From Spirochaetia bacterium (GTDB lineage Bacteria; Spirochaetota; Spirochaetia; SZUA-6; Bin103): a DNA stretch of 64,000 nt. The stretch spans positions 1,056,001-1,120,000 of the forward strand of contig CBDBOV010000006.1 in the NCBI GenBank assembly GCA_965208575.1, written 5' to 3'. The notes under the pieces are model-generated. The model had not been told where the DNA came from, searched no databases, and saw only the letters and a program-made list of their open reading frames with translations. The stretch's first letter is position 1. Every line of letters starts with the position of its first letter. Positions 60,301-64,000 of this stretch are shown here, in pieces. A program made the translations under genes and the position numbers.

Positions 60301-63300
60301 AGCATCGCCACCGCCGACGACGCGATTCTCGATCCCGGCGAGACCCTGCAGGTCACGCTCACCGGGGCGAGCACCACGGTGGGCGCGGCGCGCGTGGCCG
60401 CTTCGCCCGGCGACCGCGCGCAGGTGACGATCACCGACGGCGACACGGTGACCGTGAGGGTCAGCGCGCCCGACGACGAAGTGGACGAGGGCGACGCGGC
60501 GGAGTTCGAGGTGAGCCTGTCGCAGCAGGTGGCGGCCGCGGTGACCGTGAACTGGGCCACCACCACGGCGACCGGCGACACCGCCACCGCCGGCACCGAC
60601 TACGCCACCGCGGCGGCCACCACGCTGACCTTTGCCGCGGGCACCGACGACCTGACGCAGACCGTGTCCGTGGCGACCACCGAGGACACCCTGCTCGAGG
60701 CCGACGAGACCTTCACCGTGGTGCTCACCGAGCCGGCGGGCGGGTTCCCCGACGGGGTGGAGCTGCACGCCGTCAACGACGAAGCGCAGGCCACCATCGC
60801 CGACGACGACACCGCGACCGCGAGCATCGCCGCCGACGACGCGAAGGTGGACGAGGGCGACGATGCGGTGTTCACGATTACCCTGAGCGGCGCTACCACC
60901 ACCGCGGCGGCGGCGGTGACCTACCAGACCGGCGGCACCGCGACCTCGGGGGACGACTATACGGCGCCGAGCGGGTCGCTGACGCTCACCGCCGGGGCGA
61001 GCACCGGTGCGCTGAGCATCGCCATCGCCGACGACGCGATTCTCGATCCCGGCGAGACCCTGCAGGTAACGCTCACCGGGGCGAGCACCACGGCGGGCGC
61101 GGCGAACGTCGCCGCTGCGCCCGGCGACAGCGCGCAGGTCACGATCACCGACGACGACACGGTGACCGTGAGCGTCAGCGCGCCCGACGACGAAGTGGAC
61201 GAGGGCGACGCGGCGGAGTTCGAGGTGAGCCTGTCGCAGCAGGTGGCGGCCGCGGTGACCGTGAACTGGGCCACCACCACCGCGACCGGCGACACCGCCA
61301 CCGCCGCCACCGACTACGCCACCGCGGCGGCCACCACGCTGACCTTTGCCGCGGGCACCGACGACCTGACGCAGACCGTGTCCGTGGCAACCACCGAGGA
61401 CACCCTGCTCGAGGCCGACGAGACCTTCACCGTGGTGCTCACCGCAACCGCCGGCGGCCTGCCGGACGGCGTGCAACTGCACGCCGTCAACGACGAAGCG
61501 AAGGCCACCATCGCCGACGACGACACCGCGACCGCGAGCATCGCCGCCGCCGCGAAGACCGTCGCGGAGGGAGGCGCCGCCGCGTTCACGGTCACGCTGA
61601 GCGGCGCCACCACCACGGCCGCGGCGGTGATCACCTACGGCACCGGCGGCACCGCGACCTCCGGGACCGACTACACGGCGCCGAGCGGGTCGCTGACGCT
61701 CACCGCCGGGGCGAGCACCGCCACGCTGAGCATCGCCACCGTGGACGATACGGTCGCCGACCCGGGCGAGACGCTTTCGGTGACCCTTGCCGCCGCGAAT
61801 ACGACGGCGGGCCGGGCCGCCGTGGCCGACCCGCCCGACAACCGCGCGCAGGTCACGATCACCGACGACGACACGGTGACGGTGAGCGTGAGCGCGCCGG
61901 ACGACGCGGTGAACGAGGGCGACGACGCGACGTTCAAGGTGAGCCTGGCGCAGACGTTCGCGGCGGCGGTGACCGTGAATTGGGCGACCACCACCGCGAC
62001 CGGCGACACCGCCACCGCCGGCACCGACTACACCGCCCACGCCGCGACCGCGCTGACCTTCGCGGCCGGCACCACCGACCTGACGCGGACGGTGACCGTG
62101 GCGACCACCGAGGACACGCTGCTGGAGGCCGACGAGACCTTCACCGTGGTGCTCACCGAGCCGGCGGGCGGGTTCCCCGACGGGGTGGAGCTGCACGCCG
62201 CCGCCGACGAAGCGCAGGCCACCATCGCCGACGACGACACCGCGACCGCGAGCATCGGCGCCGCCGCGGAGACGGTGGCCGAGGGGGACGACGCGGCGTT
62301 CACGATAACCCTGAGCGGCGCTACCACCACCGCGCCGGCGGTGGTGACCTACCAGACCGGCGGCACCGCGACCTCCGGGACCGACTACACCGCACCCTAC
62401 TCCGGGTCGAACGGCATGCTGACGATCGCCACCGGGGCGGCCACCGGCGCGCTCACCATCGCGACGCTGACCGACTCGATTCTCGATCCCGGCGAGACCC
62501 TGCAGGTAACGCTCACCGGGGCGAGCACCACGGCGGGCGCGGCAAGCGTCGCCAACCCGCCCGGCGACAGCGCGCAGGTCACGCTCGCCGACGACGACGC
62601 GGTGACGGTAAGCGTGACCGCGCCCGACGCGGCGGTGGACGAGGGCGACCCGGCGCAGTTCGCGGTACGTCTGTCGCAGCAGGTGGCGGCAGCCGTGGCG
62701 GTGAACTGGGCGACGAAGACGGCGGCCGGCGACACCGCCACCGCGAACACCGACTACACCGCGCAGGCGGCGACCGCGCTGACGTTCGCGGCCGGCACCA
62801 CCGACCTGACGCGGAACGTGACCGTGGCGACTACCGAGGACACGCTGCTGGAGGCCGCCGAGACCTTCACCGTGGTGCTCACCGCAACCGCAAGCGGCCT
62901 GCCGGACAGCGTGCAACTGCACGCCGACAACGACCAAGCGCAGGCCACCATCGCCGACGACGACACCGCGACCGCGAGCATCGCCGCCGCCGCGGCGACG
63001 GTGGCCGAGGGCGACGACGCGGTGTTCACGATAACCCTGAGCGGCGCTACCACCACCGCGGCGGCGGCGGTGACCTACCAGACCGGCGGCACCGCGACCG
63101 CCGGGACCGACTACACGGTGCCGACCGGGTCGCTGACGCTCACCGCCGGGGCGGCCACCGCTACCCTGAGCATCGCGACGCTGACCGATCCGATTCTCGA
63201 TCCCGGCGAGATGCTGTCGGTGACGCTCACCGGGGCGGCGACCGCGGGCACGGCCACCGTGGCCGATCCGCCCGGCAACAGCGCAGCAGTGACCATCACC

Positions 63301-64000
63301 GACAACGACCGCGTGATGGTGAGCGTGAGCGCGCCGGACGACGCGGTGACCGAGGGCGACCCGGCGGCGTTCGCGGTGCGCCTGTCGCGACCGGTGGCAG
63401 CGCCTGTGACCGTGAACTGGGCGACGGGAGCGGACCCGAGCGATTCGGCGACGCCCGGCGAAGACTACACGCAGCACGCGGCAACGGCGCTGACGTTCGC
63501 GGCCGGCACGGCCACGCTGACGCAGACGGTGACGGTGGCGACCGACGACGACGATCTGCTGGAGCCGGACGAGACGTTTTCCGTGTTGTTGACCGATCCG
63601 GCCGACGCCGGCGTGCAACCCGCGGCGGAGAGCGGCCTGCCGCCCGGAGTGGAACTGCACCCGGACCACAGCAAGGCGGTGGCGACCATCGCGGACAACG
63701 ACGCGGTAACCGCGACCGTGGCCGCCGCGGCGCCGACCGTGATGGAGGGCGGCGACGCCACGTTCACGGTCAGCCTCGGCGGCGCCGCGCCGCGGGCGCC
63801 GGTGACCGTCGAGTACCAGGCCGGCGGCACGGCCACGCCGGGGGAGGACTTCACCCCCCCGTACGCAGATACCGGCGGCACGCTGACCATCGCGCAGCCG
63901 GCCACCAGCGTCGACGTCGTCGTCACCACGCTCGCCGACGACGTGTTCGACGGTGGCGAGACGCTGGCGCTGACCCTGACCGGCGCGGCCACCGGCGTCG
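48307..64000 (+). CDS. Giant secreted Calx-beta repeat protein with one FN3 domain (putative adhesin), 3' end outside the window
   Basis: Frame 1 appears open from ATG 48307 to the window end (~5230 codons; no frame-1 stop-terminated ORF in the track); signal-like TLFVVLISLAAAPSAVA-QQ; repeated 'Y.A.EGG...V.V.LD..P...VTV...GGA..ADY..VP.SVTF', 'TAT.G.DY', 'DD...E..ETF.V.L'; FN3 at ~48880-49175; start uncertain. Confidence 0.9.
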   Translation, partial: MKSERSLVYRSISCVRRWQDTPRPDVRLGGRPVVRTGGLVRTGALARTLFVVLISLAAAPSAVAQQAGITVGWGAAHYIAEEGGQRAALELRMSAAPGRQVTVHFVVDRRGGATAADHDYIPSSVVFEPTDTVRWIVVRAVDDDEDDDGTDHLRERLQVHFVILPPDSASFVYGHRTATVELRDNDGVRPPTVPRLRAATPLDGAVELQWDEGLHGGVPASFQLFIQDEGTGGQQWFVTGIAGTARSITVGTDLADIGRALVNGNRHRFELRARNAAGASGWVRAFATPSAMPPAAVGVRWTEEDYTAFEGGRPAVARVRLDTALDDDVTIPLWHAFEDLTSPADVVLPDPLNITIAAGQRDATLTIAAVDDGFREPEEAVQLWFSQLPEGIAFEASTARPNTRILLRDNDIRLRARFKERTYEVREGGSVDVTLLLDRTNPGVLGTLHLSREDRRGASGADLVGVPPSVTFLPHASTLTFTLEATDDDVDDEHESVNLHLVGPFSPAVGAGTPSTATIRIIDNDGPAKASFDKPVYTVAEGGSATVRVRLTRAPGVAAEVRLWSGPAGGASAADYGGIPRSLTFGPRQTEAAFVVTAAVDEVDETGEQVHMHLVRLQVNPVILAGTPRSAVVHLTDVPVTGVKVAYERDSYSATEGGASVTVAVVLDRAPGRRVTVPLTHTAQGGATAADYNSSAIPATVTFAATEVRKTFTVSATADNVSETGERVRFTFAEPHRLPPGVLVGTPPAATVHLTETPPAAVSYEQDSYTVQEGGPAVAVAVVLDRTPGRTVTVNLTRANQGATSDADYRGVPAGVTFAATETRRTFSVTATEDRVYETGESVLLGFATLPAGLNAGARPETTLHLSENRAPAVQVGFEYNSYTAQEPPQEVAAEVAVVLDRAPGRPVTVSLTRTNQGGASDADYGGVPASVAFGPADTRSTFRVTATRDQPDPGESVLLGFAANLPAGVSVDTWPTARVHLRDFDRRSDPTTTVRFERNRYAAAEGGAKAVVSVLLSPRVQSRVTVPLAARNQGDTANADYAGVPASVTFAAGATRRSFTVTASVDTDSPEPGEAVRLVFDNLPSGVNATTPGAATVHLIDAATTLAAVRFERDSYTAQEGGPPAVVAVLLDQAPGRTVTVPLTASHHGASTADYGGVPASVTFGAAETRKTFTVNATRDLTAESGERVTLAFGELPVGVVSERPRQTVVHLIDAATTAVRARFERDSYTAQEGEPATPVAVVLDRAPGRAVQVRVTATPEGGAAGADYHVTPSGGRLNFGANDTRATISVRAATDAEMETGERVRLGFVNLPAGVSPGTPEQATVHLTDAGLTPVKVSFEHNRYSAREGETGTVVTARLDRAAGRSVTVNLSRQNLGTTSDADYRGVPASLTFAATGTHARLTFQAVRDTIHDPNESVRLDLTMLPAGVSPGRWPATLLQLVDVNTRQVWVSFARDRYTATEGEPGAQVQVMLNEPAAREVVVPLLSTNLGGATDADYTKTPVTVPDRVTFAATESRQTFTVSARDDAVLESGEEVRYDFGALPGGVGFGSRTRTTVQLAEQSTVTVRFARDSATAHEGGAGAVVTVQLDRPPGRTVSVALTRTNQGGATDADYNHAALPSSVTFAAADTARSFTVTATADDTSAESGESVRFRIGAGLPEGVVLGSPAETTVHLTDAGTQSLKVSFERDRYAAAEGGTAVVVAHLDQTPDRTVQVALTVTRGEGVTSGDYSGIPATISFAAAGATRRSFTVRAVADELDEGIESLRLGLSMLPAGVSPGSHPAATVYLTDTDTPPVRVSFEQDSYTARFGGPNAVVAVVLDRAPGRTVSVPLTETAQGPTKWATPRYRGVPDSVTFGPSERRKTFTVAATGSRFDRGDGVLVGFGTLPPAVESQRHEQTVVHLVGRTAQLRSVRFERDSYTAREGGPNAVVAVLLNPASSLPVDVRLTRTEQGAAPADYSGIPDTVRFTGGAGRVQFTVTATPDTVAEGDEAVHLEFVSPPAGVSRGSPPDTIVHFTDADTTLVQVRFARYSYTAVEGGDGVEVAALLDQAPGRTVTVPLTTDHHERTGADDYRGVPDSVTFGTGDTRATFTVTAIADSSHETGEWVRIGFGRMPGGVTRGTPPRTLVHLTDTTPPAVQVSVADTTVEEGDAAPFTVSLSQAVPAAGVTVRLRTAPAAADSATAGTDYEEATTAATIAPGATALTISVMTTEDSLLEPSETFSVALQDGVLPPGVSLSTTDAEATATITDDDVAAATVTGPDPPTVAEGGAAVFTVTLSGGTAAADVEVTYETGGTATRGDDYTSPYTGANGTLTIAIGATTAALTVTTQTDTILDPGETLAVALTGAETAVGAASVGDPGRAEVRITDPNEVTVGVSAADDAATEGEPVKFEVSLSHQVAAEVSLVWKTETREGDTATVGTDYAAVSETALTFAAGTTELTQTVSVATTDDALLEADETFTVVLGEMASGLPSGVVLDTDASEAQGTVADNDTVAAAIAAVATEVAEGADAAFTVSLTGATTTGAVAVTYQTGGTATSGDDYTAPGGTLTVAAAAASASLTVTTLADTIFDPGETLKVTLTGAATTGTANVADPPGDSAQVTITDDDEVTVSVSAPDDAVTEGTAAEFDVSLSQQVAAAVTVNWATTTATGDTATAATDYATQAATTLTFAAGTDDLTQAVSVATTDDTAREDGETFTVVLTETAGGLPDGVDLHEDDYQAQATIADNDPVTASIAADAKTVAEGSAAAFTVTLSGDMAPAAVTVTYQTGGTATSGADYTAPYGGDSGTLTIAAGDTTGALTVTTLTDTILDRNETLTLTLTGASTTVGAANVAAAPGNSAQVTITDDDTATVSVSAPDDEVDEGDAAEFEVSLSQQVAAAVTVNWATTTATGDTATAGTDYATAAATTLTFAAGTDDLTQTVSVATTEDTLLEAAETFTVVLTATAGGLPDGVQLHAVNDEAKATIADDDTATASIAAAAKTVAEGGAAAFTITLSDATTSAAAVITYGTGGTATAGTDYTAPSGSLTLTAGASTAPLSIATADDAILDPGETLQVTLTGASTTVGAARVAASPGDRAQVTITDGDKVTVRVSAPDDEVDEGDAAEFEVSLSQQVAAAVTVNWATTTATGDTATAGTDYATAAATTLTFAAGTDDLTQTVSVATTEDTLLEADETFTVVLTATAGGLPDGVQLHADNDEAQATIADDDTATASIAAVAKTVAEGGAAAFTVTLSGATTTAAAVITYGTGGTATSGDDYTAPSGSLTLTAGASTATLSIATADDAILDPGETLKVTLTGAATTGTANVADPPGDSAQVTITDDDEVTVSVSAPDDAVTEGTAAEFEVSLSQQVAAAVTVNWATTTATGDTATAATDYTPQAATTLTFAAGTDDLTQTVSVATTDDTAREDGETFTVVLTATAGGLPDGVQLHADNDEAQATIADNDPVTASIAADAKTVAEGSAAAFTVTLSGDMAPAAVTVTYQTGGTATSGADYTAPYGGDSGTLTIAAGDTTGALTVTTLTDTILDRNETLSLTLTGASTTVGAANVAAAPGNSAQVTITDGADVTVSVSAPDDEVDEGDAAEFEVSLSQQVAAAVTVNWATTTATGDTATAATDYATQAATTLTFAAGTDDLTQTVSVATTEDTLLEADETFTVVLTATAGGLPDGVQLHAVNDEAQATIADDDTATASIAAAAKTVAEGGAAAFTITLNDATTSAAAVITYGTGGTATSGDDYTAPSGSLTLTAGASTATLSIATADDAILDPDETLQVTLTGASTTAGAARVAAAPGNRAQVTITDDDTVTVRVSAPDDEVDEGDAAEFEVSLSQQVAAAVTVNWATTTATGDTATAATDYATQAATTLTFAAGTDDLTQTVSVATTEDTLLEAAETFTVVLTATAGGLPDGVQLHAVNDEAKATIADDDTATASIAAAAKTVAEGGAAAFTITLNDATTSAAAVITYGTGGTATSGTDYTAPSGSLTLTAGASTAPLSIATADDAILDPGETLQVTLTGASTTVGAARVAASPGDRAQVTITDGDTVTVRVSAPDDEVDEGDAAEFEVSLSQQVAAAVTVNWATTTATGDTATAGTDYATAAATTLTFAAGTDDLTQTVSVATTEDTLLEADETFTVVLTEPAGGFPDGVELHAVNDEAQATIADDDTATASIAADDAKVDEGDDAVFTITLSGATTTAAAAVTYQTGGTATSGDDYTAPSGSLTLTAGASTGALSIAIADDAILDPGETLQVTLTGASTTAGAANVAAAPGDSAQVTITDDDTVTVSVSAPDDEVDEGDAAEFEVSLSQQVAAAVTVNWATTTATGDTATAATDYATAAATTLTFAAGTDDLTQTVSVATTEDTLLEADETFTVVLTATAGGLPDGVQLHAVNDEAKATIADDDTATASIAAAAKTVAEGGAAAFTVTLSGATTTAAAVITYGTGGTATSGTDYTAPSGSLTLTAGASTATLSIATVDDTVADPGETLSVTLAAANTTAGRAAVADPPDNRAQVTITDDDTVTVSVSAPDDAVNEGDDATFKVSLAQTFAAAVTVNWATTTATGDTATAGTDYTAHAATALTFAAGTTDLTRTVTVATTEDTLLEADETFTVVLTEPAGGFPDGVELHAAADEAQATIADDDTATASIGAAAETVAEGDDAAFTITLSGATTTAPAVVTYQTGGTATSGTDYTAPYSGSNGMLTIATGAATGALTIATLTDSILDPGETLQVTLTGASTTAGAASVANPPGDSAQVTLADDDAVTVSVTAPDAAVDEGDPAQFAVRLSQQVAAAVAVNWATKTAAGDTATANTDYTAQAATALTFAAGTTDLTRNVTVATTEDTLLEAAETFTVVLTATASGLPDSVQLHADNDQAQATIADDDTATASIAAAAATVAEGDDAVFTITLSGATTTAAAAVTYQTGGTATAGTDYTVPTGSLTLTAGAATATLSIATLTDPILDPGEMLSVTLTGAATAGTATVADPPGNSAAVTITDNDRVMVSVSAPDDAVTEGDPAAFAVRLSRPVAAPVTVNWATGADPSDSATPGEDYTQHAATALTFAAGTATLTQTVTVATDDDDLLEPDETFSVLLTDPADAGVQPAAESGLPPGVELHPDHSKAVATIADNDAVTATVAAAAPTVMEGGDATFTVSLGGAAPRAPVTVEYQAGGTATPGEDFTPPYADTGGTLTIAQPATSVDVVVTTLADDVFDGGETLALTLTGAATGV
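54720..64000 (+). repeat. About 13 tandem intragenic units of 711-726 bp (two Calx-beta domains each)
   Basis: Anchor gtgagcctgtcgca or variants at 54784, 55495, 56206, 56932, 57646, 58357, 59083, 59797, 60511, 61225, 61939, 62665, 63376. Confidence 0.92.

Noticed and set aside
52324-63669. 3781-aa minus-strand ORF (also 48796-52290 and the many ~100-aa repeats)
   Set aside because: Antisense shadow of the GC-rich plus-strand Calx-beta gene; Arg/Gly-rich nonsense composition

Overview
A very GC-rich bacterial window. The style of the ABC substrate-binding proteins, the Uma2/toxin-antitoxin (TA) clutter and the Calx-beta/FN3/Ig proteins suggest a host-associated, e.g. sponge-type, spirochaete-like organism; this is inference only. 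Housekeeping and catabolic genes include a RarA-methyltransferase fusion, a DUF3524 glycosyltransferase, SDRs, PhyH, two family-5 ABC clusters without ATPases, two enolase-superfamily enzymes, Prx6, a GHL6-like hydrolase, a K+ channel, fdhA and apt. Small, lower-GC accessory cassettes lie between them: TA modules (two with the toxin almost entirely deleted), NYN, EEP and Uma2 nucleases, and a three-gene Menshen-like defence operon. Three things stand out. (1) A >5200-aa Calx-beta/FN3 repeat surface protein, missing from the ORF track because it runs off the window end, is divergently coupled to three GT-C glycosyltransferases (TMTC-like with TPRs, PIG-B/ALG9-like, PMT/ArnT-like); this is a candidate dedicated adhesin O-glycosylation system. 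(2) A prophage-less CI/Cro-type switch has a repressor lacking both autocleavage catalytic residues, with visible promoters and an operator, upstream of an Ig-domain lipoprotein. (3) A cassette-accretion hotspot at 13.4-18.2 kb has accessory genes separated by decayed copies of the 3' ends of the flanking genes, with no integrase. No rRNA, tRNA, CRISPR array, integrase or transposase was recognised.
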